Notes under the pieces: generated by a model
Database searches by the model: none
Told to the model about the DNA's origin: nothing
The model's input: only the letters and a program-made list of their open reading frames with translations
From: an uncultured Gammaproteobacteria bacterium
GTDB taxonomy: Bacteria; Patescibacteriota; Patescibacteriia; Magasanikbacterales; GWA2-37-8
Reading direction: 5' to 3'
NCBI GenBank assembly: GCA_964536725.1
Contig: CAZHYJ010000002.1
Coordinates: 91,219-155,218 of the forward strand
DNA length: 64,000 nucleotides
Translations under genes and position numbers: made by a program
In this document: positions 1 to 8,325 of the stretch, piece by piece
Numbering within the stretch: the stretch's first letter is position 1
Layout: each line of letters opens with the position of its first letter

Positions 1-1
1 T

Positions 2-868
2 TTGATTAATGACGGACATGCGTTAACAGAGGGTAAAAATACTGCGAAGAAAATTTCTCCCGTTAGTGCTGCCGTAGTGCTTTTGCTGGTTAATGTTTTG
101 TTTGCGATATTCGTTTTTATTCAGATAAAGTATCTGTTTGGTTCGCACGATTTTGTTATCAGCCAAAACATTACTTTTGCGGATTATGCGCGTAGTGGTT
201 TTTTTCAGTTAGTTTGGGTAATGGTATTCTCAGCGTTGTTAATTTTAGCTTTTTATCGCTCCGCTTGGCACCATGGTCAGAACATTTTGGTGAGTGTGTT
301 AAAGTTGGTTTTAATCGCTCAAATTTTTGTTATTGCCGTCTCTGCTTTAAAACGCATGAATTTGTATCAGACTGAATATGGTTTTACCACTCTGAGATTG
401 TATGTTGAGTGGTTCATATATTTTGTTGGTGTGATGTATATCTTACTGGCGGCTGCGATTGTTAAAAATTATTCCTTTAAGAAATTTTTCCATGGGGTGT
501 TGATTTGTGGAGTGGTTGCCTTTACAATTGTGGCTTCAGCCAATGTTGATGGAATTATTGCTAAGAAAAATATTGACCGCTATTTGGTTCGAGGTAACAA
601 TTTGGATTTGTTTTATTTAGTTCACGGACTATCGTTTGATGCCATACCAGAAATTGTGGTTTTGAACGACAAGCCAATTGACTTTAAAAAAATCGGTGTA
701 CGTGGTGATGGTTGGTATGAATCTAGTGATACTGCTGTGATGATTAAAAACTGGTACAACGAGGCTTTGCAATACAAGAAAGATGAAATTTTAAATCAAT
801 ACAACGCTTGGTATTCGTTTAATCTTGGGGCGCAGCGAGCGTTGAATAGTTTGAATAGTGTAAAATAA
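2..868 (+). CDS. DUF4153-like integral membrane protein (5'-partial)
   Basis: Multiple TM segments; motifs FADYARSGFFQL and RMNLYQTEYGFTTLRL typical of DUF4153; runs off the window start. Confidence 0.8.
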   Translation: MINDGHALTEGKNTAKKISPVSAAVVLLLVNVLFAIFVFIQIKYLFGSHDFVISQNITFADYARSGFFQLVWVMVFSALLILAFYRSAWHHGQNILVSVLKLVLIAQIFVIAVSALKRMNLYQTEYGFTTLRLYVEWFIYFVGVMYILLAAAIVKNYSFKKFFHGVLICGVVAFTIVASANVDGIIAKKNIDRYLVRGNNLDLFYLVHGLSFDAIPEIVVLNDKPIDFKKIGVRGDGWYESSDTAVMIKNWYNEALQYKKDEILNQYNAWYSFNLGAQRALNSLNSVK

Positions 869-872
869 AATT

Positions 873-2726
873 ATGATCACTTCCATCCAACTCCGTGAAA
901 AGTATTTAGAATTTTTTAAAAGTAAAGGGCACAATATTATCCCTTCGGCTTCTTTAATTCCAGAGAATGATCCGACAGTATTGTTTACTACTGCGGGTAT
1001 GCATCCGCTGGTGCCATATCTGCTGGGTGCCAAGCATCCCGCTGGTGCACGTTTGGCTAGTATTCAAAAATGTGTACGTACTCAAGACATCGATGAAGTG
1101 GGGGATAATCGCCATGATACTTTCTTTGAAATGATGGGCAATTGGTCTTTGGGTGAATATTTTAAAAAAGAAGCAATCGAATGGAGTTTTGAATTTTTAA
1201 CTAATAAAGAAACTGGCTTGGGATTGGATATTCGCAAATTAGCTGTTTCAGTATTCGCTGGTGATAACGATGCACCGCGCGATGAAGAATCGGCGGGTAT
1301 TTGGAAATCACTTGGTATGCCGGAAGAGCGCATCGCCTATCTACCTAAAGGCAATAACTGGTGGGGGCCAGCGGGTCAGACTGGGCCGTGTGGACCAGAC
1401 ACGGAAATGTTTTTTTGGCGCGGAGAAGGTGAATTTCCACCCGCAGGAAGTAATCCCGGAACTGACGAAGATAACTGGTTGGAAATCTGGAACGACGTTT
1501 TCATGGAATACGAAAAAAACAAAGAAGGGAATTTTGTTCCGTTAAAACAAAAAAATGTTGATACCGGCATGGGATTGGAGCGTACGCTAGTAACCCTCAA
1601 TGGTTTTGTTGATGTTTTTCAAATCGATACCTTTTGGCCGTTGATCCAAAAGATTCAGGATATTTCCGGTCATGAATATATTGAAAATGTTGAGGTTACA
1701 AAATCCATGCGTATCATCGCCGATCATATTCGTACTGCGACGATGATTATGGGTGACGACCACAATATTTCGCCCAGCAATGTTGATCAGGGATATATTG
1801 TACGTCGCATGATTCGTCGGGCAGTACGTCATGGACGTGTGCTCGGTATTACGGAAAATTTTTGTTCACAAATTGCAGGAGAAGTGATTAAGATCTTTGC
1901 TGAGGTATATCCCGAGGTGGAGCGCAACAAAGAGTTTGTCCTGACAGAAATTGCTAAGGAAGAAAGTAAATTTAGAAATACCATTGAACAAGGTTTGAAA
2001 GAATTTGAAAAATTAATTAACGGTTTTCGTATTGCTTTTGAAAAAACCGGTCGACAGATGGAAGAAATTTCTGGTAAACAAGCTTTTAAACTTTTTGATA
2101 CCTATGGTTTTCCATTGGAAATGACGCAAGAGTTGGCCTTGGAAAACAATCTAAAAGTAAATGTCGCCGAATTTGAAGAGGCATTTAAAGCACACCAAGA
2201 GCTATCACGTGCTGGTGCGGAACAAAAGTTTAAAGGTGGTCTGGCTGACACGGGGGAGATGTCTACCAAATATCATACTGCCACCCATTTGTTGCAGGCG
2301 GCTTTGCGTACAGTGTTAGGTAATCATGTTGCACAGAAGGGGAGCAATATTACCGCCGAGCGATTACGTTTCGATTTTGCTCATCCCGAAAAAATGACGG
2401 AGGAACAAAAGAAACAGACGGAAGATCTGGTAAATTACGCCATTCAGCACAATTATGAAGTTACCTGTGAAGAAATGACTTTAGATGATGCGGAAAAACG
2501 TGGTGCCACGGGTTTGTTTGCTGATCGTTATGGAGCAAAGGTAAAAGTATATTCCGTCGGTGATCCGTTGACACTACCCGCCGCGCATGAAAACTCGCTC
2601 ACTTTCAGTAAAGAAGTTTGTGGTGGTCCACATGTGGAACATACGGGTGAGTTGGGAAAGTTTAAGATAACAAAAGAAGAGGCGGTATCATCTGGCGTAC
2701 GTCGGATTAAAGCAATATTAGAATAA
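873..2726 (+). CDS. alaS: Alanine--tRNA ligase, short form (617 aa, no C-Ala domain)
   Basis: DPTVLFTTAGM, TFFEMMGNWS, GPCGPDTE, DTGMGLER; editing motifs HTATHLL and EVCGGPH; ends at GVRRIKA. Confidence 0.97.
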   Translation: MITSIQLREKYLEFFKSKGHNIIPSASLIPENDPTVLFTTAGMHPLVPYLLGAKHPAGARLASIQKCVRTQDIDEVGDNRHDTFFEMMGNWSLGEYFKKEAIEWSFEFLTNKETGLGLDIRKLAVSVFAGDNDAPRDEESAGIWKSLGMPEERIAYLPKGNNWWGPAGQTGPCGPDTEMFFWRGEGEFPPAGSNPGTDEDNWLEIWNDVFMEYEKNKEGNFVPLKQKNVDTGMGLERTLVTLNGFVDVFQIDTFWPLIQKIQDISGHEYIENVEVTKSMRIIADHIRTATMIMGDDHNISPSNVDQGYIVRRMIRRAVRHGRVLGITENFCSQIAGEVIKIFAEVYPEVERNKEFVLTEIAKEESKFRNTIEQGLKEFEKLINGFRIAFEKTGRQMEEISGKQAFKLFDTYGFPLEMTQELALENNLKVNVAEFEEAFKAHQELSRAGAEQKFKGGLADTGEMSTKYHTATHLLQAALRTVLGNHVAQKGSNITAERLRFDFAHPEKMTEEQKKQTEDLVNYAIQHNYEVTCEEMTLDDAEKRGATGLFADRYGAKVKVYSVGDPLTLPAAHENSLTFSKEVCGGPHVEHTGELGKFKITKEEAVSSGVRRIKAILE

Positions 2727-2732
2727 AAAACT

Positions 2733-3647
2733 ATGGGAGTAGACCAAGGTGTTGATCGGCGGTTGTGGAAGGTTAAAAAAGAAGCAGGCTTGTTGGGAGG
2801 TGAAAAAAATGAACAGTTAGACTTTAGTTCGCTTCAGTGGTCGGAAGATCATGTTGATTTTAGCGATGAAGAAATAAAAGAAACGGGGGTTAAGGGGATG
2901 GATATAAAACGCCTGAGCTGGGAGCAAGTATATTCTTTCATTTCAAAATTAGTTGGGGCGGAATTACCACATGATGAAGATAAAATACTAGACGCGCAAG
3001 AAGACCTTTTGCGCCGCTTTGTGGAATGGAAGAAAGAACATCGACATTTGGCGCAAAATTTTAAAGTGTCAGATGACAAAGATTTTGCCTTGATATTTGA
3101 AGTGGTAAAAGATTTTTTACCGGCAATTTTGCAGGCCGCCACCGACGGTGAGTTTCCAGACAAAACAGTAAATCATATTACGAACACTGGTTACGGAACG
3201 ATGAAAAATTTAGACAGTTTGTTGGAAAAAATTAATCCACAGTTGCTTATAGGTGGCGATTTGTCGGTTAGTCAACGTGGTGGTTTTTGGCAATCTACAT
3301 TCAGTGAATACAAAAGACGTCCGGACATTATTAAAAATTGGATTTTTGGTTTTGGTCCAAAGAACAAAGCTTTTGCGGAATATTTAAATAGGGTTAAAGA
3401 CGGTGTGATTAGTGGCACTCTTTTAACTGGGGAAGATTTCCCTGGTGAGGTCTTAAAAGATGTGGAATATATAATGGATCAAGATAAAAAGACTGGTAAT
3501 GTGTGGCACTCTCCCATATCGAACCATCCATATATCCCAGTTTTGAAAGATCCAGTGGAGGGTATAAAAGAACTACGCTGGTGTCATTCTGAGTATGCTT
3601 TTCAACTGGCAATTGATGGTCCAAAGTTAATTGAGTTTGTTACTTAA
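2733..3647 (+). CDS. Hypothetical protein
   Basis: 304-aa ORF tightly packed between alaS and the GtrA gene; no motif recognised. Confidence 0.7.
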   Translation: MGVDQGVDRRLWKVKKEAGLLGGEKNEQLDFSSLQWSEDHVDFSDEEIKETGVKGMDIKRLSWEQVYSFISKLVGAELPHDEDKILDAQEDLLRRFVEWKKEHRHLAQNFKVSDDKDFALIFEVVKDFLPAILQAATDGEFPDKTVNHITNTGYGTMKNLDSLLEKINPQLLIGGDLSVSQRGGFWQSTFSEYKRRPDIIKNWIFGFGPKNKAFAEYLNRVKDGVISGTLLTGEDFPGEVLKDVEYIMDQDKKTGNVWHSPISNHPYIPVLKDPVEGIKELRWCHSEYAFQLAIDGPKLIEFVT

Positions 3648-3659
3648 GATCTTAATAAA

Positions 3660-4139
3660 ATGGTAAAAAGATTTATCTGTTATCTTTGGGAAAAAAAATT
3701 TCTCCAGTATTCTATCGTGGGGAGCTCTTCTTTTGTTTTAGATTTTTCCACTTTGATTATCTTGAAAGAGATTTTTAATTTTAACCCAATTGTGGCGGTG
3801 GCACTTAATCAAATCTTAGCGATTAACTTCGTCTTCTTTTTAAATAAATACTGGTCGTTCAAATGTGAAGGTCAGACAGTAAAACAAATGACCAAGTTTT
3901 TAATCCTAATGCTTTGGAACTATATCTTCGCCATCGGTTGGATGTGGTTGTTCACACATGTAATCTCTTTTTCGGTAGAGGTATTTTTCTTAGGCAAGAC
4001 GCGTGATCTGTGGTATTTGGTAGTGCGTCTAGTAAATATTGTTTTAGCAGTTAGTTGGAACTTTTTGATTTATAAATACTGGGTATATAAGGAAGGCGAG
4101 AAAAAGGAGGGTGATTTAGCAGAAATTCCGCTAACCTAA
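3660..4139 (+). CDS. GtrA-family membrane protein
   Basis: QYSIVG...FFLNKYWSF...WNFLIYKYWVY, 4 TM. Confidence 0.85.
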   Translation: MVKRFICYLWEKKFLQYSIVGSSSFVLDFSTLIILKEIFNFNPIVAVALNQILAINFVFFLNKYWSFKCEGQTVKQMTKFLILMLWNYIFAIGWMWLFTHVISFSVEVFFLGKTRDLWYLVVRLVNIVLAVSWNFLIYKYWVYKEGEKKEGDLAEIPLT

Positions 4140-4178
4140 GCCAAAAAACAGCAAAATCGGTCGAATTTTGCCTAACTA

Positions 4179-4207
4179 TTGACAAAAAACGTCGTTTAGA
4201 TTAAAAT
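4179..4207 (+). promoter_or_regulatory. sigma70-type promoter of infA
   Basis: TTGACA (4179-4184), 17 bp, TAAAAT (4202-4207). Confidence 0.7.
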
Positions 4208-4226
4208 AGCGACTGTAATTTTATAC

Positions 4227-4445
4227 ATGGTTGGAAAACAAGATACAATCGAAATCAAAGGTGTGATCGAAGAGCTTTTGCCAGCTGGTACTTTCCGAGT
4301 AAAATTGGAGAGCGGCCAGACTATCATTGCTCATCTTTCCGGCAAAATGCGGATGAACAAAATCCGTTTGAGCCTGGGAGACATGATAAAAGTGGAGATG
4401 ACACCTTACGATTTGACAAAAGGGAGAATCACATTTCGATTCTAA
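4227..4445 (+). CDS. infA: Translation initiation factor IF-1
   Basis: [14 protein letters not shown]...[16 protein letters not shown]. Confidence 0.98.
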   Translation: MVGKQDTIEIKGVIEELLPAGTFRVKLESGQTIIAHLSGKMRMNKIRLSLGDMIKVEMTPYDLTKGRITFRF

Positions 4446-4470
4446 GGACAAATTAAAATTCAAAAAATTA

Positions 4471-4557
4471 ATCAACCAGTGCGGTGTAGTTTGGCTCAGT
4501 ACTCTGACGCAAGTTAGACGAAAAGAGTCGGACGCGGATATCGCGGCAGTGGTTGGT
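4471..4557 (+). ncRNA. Structured RNA (long interrupted hairpin) between infA and rpmJ; possible ribosomal-protein leader
   Basis: Nested stems AUCAACCA/UGGUUGGU, GCGGUGU/AUAUCGC, GUUUGGCUC/GAGUCGGAC, UCUGAC-GCAA-GUUAGA; AGUA/GAA internal loop; GU wobbles and GNRA loop favour the + strand. Confidence 0.6.
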
Positions 4558-4648
4558 GTTTTTGCATTACGCCCATTTTCGGGAATCCAATCAATTTACC
4601 AATTTAATTAATTTATTTATTTAATTTACACTTTAGTACTATAATACT

Positions 4649-4762
4649 ATGAAAGTGCAAGCGTCCGTAAAGAAAATTTGCATGAAGTGCAAAACCGTTC
4701 GTCGCAAAGGTCGGGTACATGTTATTTGTTCCAATCCTAAACACAAACAACGTCAGGGTTAA
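4649..4762 (+). CDS. rpmJ: 50S ribosomal protein L36 (missing from the ORF track)
   Basis: Manual translation [37 protein letters not shown]; canonical position before rpsM. Confidence 0.97.
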   Translation: MKVQASVKKICMKCKTVRRKGRVHVICSNPKHKQRQG

Positions 4763-4774
4763 TTTCACATATTT

Positions 4775-5158
4775 ATGCGTATAGCTAGTACAAACATTCC
4801 AAACGAAAAAAAGATCCGCATTTCCTTGCCTTACATTTTTGGTATCGGCCCAACTTTGGCTAAAAGTATTTTAGCACAAGCAGGTATTGATCCAGAAAAG
4901 AGAACCAAGGATTTGTCTGAAGCTGAGCAGGATAAAATCCGTGCCATCGTCGAAAAAGGTCATAAAACCGAAGGTGACTTACGTCGCGAAATCATGTCCA
5001 ACATCAAACGCTTGAAAGATATCAAGTGTTATCGCGGTGTTCGCCATATGCGTCACTTACCGGTTCGTGGTCAACGTACCAAGACGAATTCTCGTACTGT
5101 ACGTGGCAACACCAGAAAGACCGCTGTTTCCGGAAAGAAACCGGTTTCTAAGACCTAA
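4775..5158 (+). CDS. rpsM: 30S ribosomal protein S13
   Basis: YIFGIG, EGDLRRE, YRGVRH...[11 protein letters not shown]. Confidence 0.98.
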   Translation: MRIASTNIPNEKKIRISLPYIFGIGPTLAKSILAQAGIDPEKRTKDLSEAEQDKIRAIVEKGHKTEGDLRREIMSNIKRLKDIKCYRGVRHMRHLPVRGQRTKTNSRTVRGNTRKTAVSGKKPVSKT

Positions 5159-5169
5159 TATAATATATT

Positions 5170-5634
5170 ATGACTGAAGAAGTGCAAAAACCTACCGTCT
5201 CCTCCGCCGCTGAGGGATCAGCTAAGACTGAAGAGGGTAAAGGTAAGAAAATCTCCAAGGTGAAAAAGAAAAAAGCCGTTTCACGTCAAGTGCCACGCGC
5301 TAACGCTTACATCCAAGCGACTTACAACAACACTATCATTACCATGGCCGATTTAAACGGCAACGTTTTGGGTTGGTCATCTTCTGGTAAAGTAGGTTTT
5401 AAAGGTCCAAAGAAAGCTACTCCATATGCCGCTTCCTTGGTTGCCAAAGATTTGGCTGACAAGGTAGTTGACTACGGTATCAAAGAAGTGAGTGCTTTTG
5501 TTAAAGGTATTGGCGGTGGTCGCGAAGGCGCAATTCGCGCTTTGCATACCAATGGTTTCAATGTAGTGTCGATCAACGATGTTACACCGATCCCACACAA
5601 TGGTTGCCGTCCTCCGAAACGCCGTCGCGTTTAA
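5170..5634 (+). CDS. rpsK: 30S ribosomal protein S11 (Lys-rich N-terminal extension)
   Basis: ATYNNTIIT, GFKGPKKATPYAA, DVTPIPHNGCRPPKRRRV. Confidence 0.98.
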   Translation: MTEEVQKPTVSSAAEGSAKTEEGKGKKISKVKKKKAVSRQVPRANAYIQATYNNTIITMADLNGNVLGWSSSGKVGFKGPKKATPYAASLVAKDLADKVVDYGIKEVSAFVKGIGGGREGAIRALHTNGFNVVSINDVTPIPHNGCRPPKRRRV

Positions 5635-5655
5635 CCAGTAATTAATACTTGAAAT

Positions 5656-6285
5656 ATGCCTAATTTAGATCGACAATGTTCACAATGCCGCCGTGCCAAA
5701 GAAAAGCTTTTCTTAAAAGGGGACAAGTGTCTTGGACCAAAATGTCCAATGCTTAAACGCCCATATGCTCCAGGCCAACATGGCTCGAGCAAAAAAGGTG
5801 GTCCGAAAAAACTTTCTGACTACGGCAAACAGTTAAAAGAAAAACAGGAAGCTAAACGCTCATATGGTATGCGCGAACGTCAGTTTGCTAACTATGTAGC
5901 TGAAGCCTCTGCTAAAATCGGTGATTCTGGTAAAATTCTTTTACAATTTTTGGAATCACGTTTAGATAATGTGGTATACCGTATGGGTTTGGCCAAATCT
6001 CGTGCGCTCGCACGTCAATTGACTAACCACGGTCATATTACTGTCAACGGCAAAAAAGTTGATATTCCTTCATATCGTGTCCGCGTGGGTGAGGTTATCG
6101 CCTTATCACCAAAGGCCATGAAGAAGAAATCATTTGAAACTATCAGTGAAATCTTGGGCAAAGTTGAAGCGCCAATCTGGTTGGGTCTTGAACCTAAAAC
6201 CGCTAGCGCTAAGATTTTGAACACCCCAACAGTTGAGAGCACACCGTTCTCCACTAAAGCAATCATTGAGTTCTATTCTCGTTAA
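5656..6285 (+). CDS. rpsD: 30S ribosomal protein S4 (Zn-type)
   Basis: CSQCRR..KC....C, PGQHG, LESRLDNVVYRMG, IIEFYSR. Confidence 0.98.
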   Translation: MPNLDRQCSQCRRAKEKLFLKGDKCLGPKCPMLKRPYAPGQHGSSKKGGPKKLSDYGKQLKEKQEAKRSYGMRERQFANYVAEASAKIGDSGKILLQFLESRLDNVVYRMGLAKSRALARQLTNHGHITVNGKKVDIPSYRVRVGEVIALSPKAMKKKSFETISEILGKVEAPIWLGLEPKTASAKILNTPTVESTPFSTKAIIEFYSR

Positions 6286-6306
6286 TTAATTCTATTTACA
6301 AGAAGT

Positions 6307-7107
6307 ATGGAAAATTTTCTTTTACCTTCAAAAATAGAATTCCAGCCGGGCACCAATCCAATGACTGGATCTTTGGTAGTTACTCCATGTTATCATGGTT
6401 ATGGTACTACCTTGGGCAACGCTTTACGCCGGGTGCTTTTATCTTCTCTCCCAGGAGGGGCAGTGGAATCTTTTAAGGTTAAGGGGGCACAACACGAATT
6501 CTCCACCGTTGACGGTGTGCAAGAAGACGTGGTTGAGATCATTTTGAACTTAAAGCAATTGGCTGTGCGGGTTTTCTCAGAAGAGCCAGTTTTGTTAACA
6601 TTATCCAAAAAAGGACCAGGCCCAGTTACAGCCGGTGACATCTCCAAAGATGCGCGCGTAGAAATCGCAAACAAAGATTTGGTGATTGCCAACTTGACCA
6701 GTAACAAAAGCTTGGAAATGGAAATTATGGTAGCTAATGGTCGTGGCTACAAACCGGTGGAAGAAAAAGATCGCAAAAACTATGATCTCGGTACAATCGT
6801 AGTGGATTCGGTCTACAGCCCTGTAAAAGATGTTGGTTACAAAGTCGAATATACTCGTGTTGGTGATATCACTAACTACGAAAAATTGACTGTCAACATT
6901 GAAACTGATGGTACTGTTTCTCCGGAAGAAGCCGTTAATCAGGCTACCAGAATTTTGATGGATCACTTTGCAGTTATCGCAGAGAGTGTTGCACACTCTG
7001 CCAAAGCTGCACCAGTGTTGGAACCAGTCGCCGTAGAGGAAGTTGAGGCTGAAAAAGAAGTAAGCGAAGAAAAAGCTCCTAAGAAAAAAGCAACTAAGAA
7101 GAAATAA
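6307..7107 (+). CDS. rpoA: RNA polymerase alpha subunit (NTD only)
   Basis: GYGTTLGNALRRVLLSSLPG, HEFSTVDGVQEDV, ETDGTVSPEEA; low-complexity tail in place of the CTD. Confidence 0.96.
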   Translation: MENFLLPSKIEFQPGTNPMTGSLVVTPCYHGYGTTLGNALRRVLLSSLPGGAVESFKVKGAQHEFSTVDGVQEDVVEIILNLKQLAVRVFSEEPVLLTLSKKGPGPVTAGDISKDARVEIANKDLVIANLTSNKSLEMEIMVANGRGYKPVEEKDRKNYDLGTIVVDSVYSPVKDVGYKVEYTRVGDITNYEKLTVNIETDGTVSPEEAVNQATRILMDHFAVIAESVAHSAKAAPVLEPVAVEEVEAEKEVSEEKAPKKKATKKK

Positions 7108-7111
7108 TTTT

Positions 7112-7462
7112 ATGCGTCACCAATCGAATAAAGTCACATTGGATCGCAAGACCGCGCCTCGTCGCGCCCTTTTAGCTAACTTGGTAGAGAGTTTGGTTTT
7201 ATACGAAAAAATCACTACTACCTTAGCTAAAGCCAAGGCCTTACGTCCAAGAGTGGAAAAATTAATTACCATATCGAAAGTCAATACTTTGGCTTCTCGT
7301 CGTCAGCTCATGAAGGTTCTATATACCAAGAATGCTATCAAGAAATTGATGGAAGTATTGGGTCCACGTTATCTAGAACGCAAAGGTGGTTATACCCGCA
7401 TCATCAAGCTTGGTGTCCGTAAGGGCGATGGCGCTGAAAAGGCGGTTATTGAATTAGTATAA
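7112..7462 (+). CDS. rplQ: 50S ribosomal protein L17
   Basis: MRHQ, ITTTLAKAKALR, RKGGYTRIIK, RKGDGA. Confidence 0.98.
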   Translation: MRHQSNKVTLDRKTAPRRALLANLVESLVLYEKITTTLAKAKALRPRVEKLITISKVNTLASRRQLMKVLYTKNAIKKLMEVLGPRYLERKGGYTRIIKLGVRKGDGAEKAVIELV

Positions 7463-7466
7463 TCCT

Positions 7467-7817
7467 ATGTCAAGACAAAAAATTACTATCGATGCTACCG
7501 GTTTGGCACCAGGAAGATTGGCCACCAAAGTCGCAATGATTTTGATGGGCAAGAACAAGCCAACTTACGCCCCATATTTAGATGAAGGCGACAAGGTGGA
7601 AATTGAGAATGTTTCCTTGATGCGCTTTACTGGCAAGAAGATTGATCAAAAACTTTATCGACATCACTCCAACCACCCAGGTGGTTTGAAAGAAATCCCA
7701 GCCAAGCAGATGTTGAAAGAGAAGCCAGAAGATGTTTTGAATTTGGCCGTGATCAAAATGTTGCCTAAGAACAAATTGCGTAACTTACGCATGAAAAGAT
7801 TGACTTTTAAAAAGTAA
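7467..7817 (+). CDS. rplM: 50S ribosomal protein L13 (short, 116 aa)
   Basis: IDATG..PGRLAT, GKNKPTYAP, HSNHPGGLK, MLPKNKL. Confidence 0.96.
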   Translation: MSRQKITIDATGLAPGRLATKVAMILMGKNKPTYAPYLDEGDKVEIENVSLMRFTGKKIDQKLYRHHSNHPGGLKEIPAKQMLKEKPEDVLNLAVIKMLPKNKLRNLRMKRLTFKK

Positions 7818-7820
7818 CCT

Positions 7821-8231
7821 ATGACTAAAGTTGCGAAAAAAACTGATGATACCAGTCGCGCTGTCGGTCGTCGCAAACGCGCTTCCGCTCGGGTACGCAT
7901 TTCCAAAGGTACCGGCAAGATTGTTATCAACGGAATCGATTCTAAAGTATATTTCCCTCATTTTTCTCAGCAAGATGCCATCATGGCACCTTTAATCGCT
8001 TTGGCGAAAGAGAAAGATTTGGATATTTCAGTCAAAGTGGTAGGTGGTGGCAAGAAGGGTCAGTCCGTGGCAGTTGGCCATGGTATTGCTCGCGCTTTGG
8101 TGGCTTGGAACGCAGAGTTCAAGAAGTCCCTAAAGACCCTCGGCCTACTCACTCGCGATTCACGTATCAAGGAAAGAAAGAAATTCGGTTTGAAGAAAGC
8201 TAGACGTGCACCGCAGTGGTCAAAACGTTAA
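7821..8231 (+). CDS. rpsI: 30S ribosomal protein S9
   Basis: GRRKRASARV, GGGKKGQ, ERKKFGLKKARRAPQWSKR. Confidence 0.98.
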   Translation: MTKVAKKTDDTSRAVGRRKRASARVRISKGTGKIVINGIDSKVYFPHFSQQDAIMAPLIALAKEKDLDISVKVVGGGKKGQSVAVGHGIARALVAWNAEFKKSLKTLGLLTRDSRIKERKKFGLKKARRAPQWSKR

Positions 8232-8237
8232 ACCAAC

Positions 8238-8266
8238 AAAATCCTCCAGGAATGGGGGATTTTTTT
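8238..8266 (+). terminator. Intrinsic terminator after rpsI
   Basis: AAAATCCTCCA-GGAA-TGGGGGATTTT hairpin with T-run. Confidence 0.85.
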
Positions 8267-8271
8267 GTGGC

Positions 8272-8300
8272 TTGTCAATTATATTATAAAGGCGTAAAAT
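8272..8300 (+). promoter_or_regulatory. Promoter of the type III R-M operon
   Basis: TTGTCA, 17 bp, TAAAAT. Confidence 0.55.
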
Positions 8301-8325
8301 ATAGCTATAATTACTATATAATTGT

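Noticed and set aside
4471-4557. SRP (4.5S) RNA
   Set aside because: Lacks the conserved CAGG/GGAA/AGCA domain IV motif
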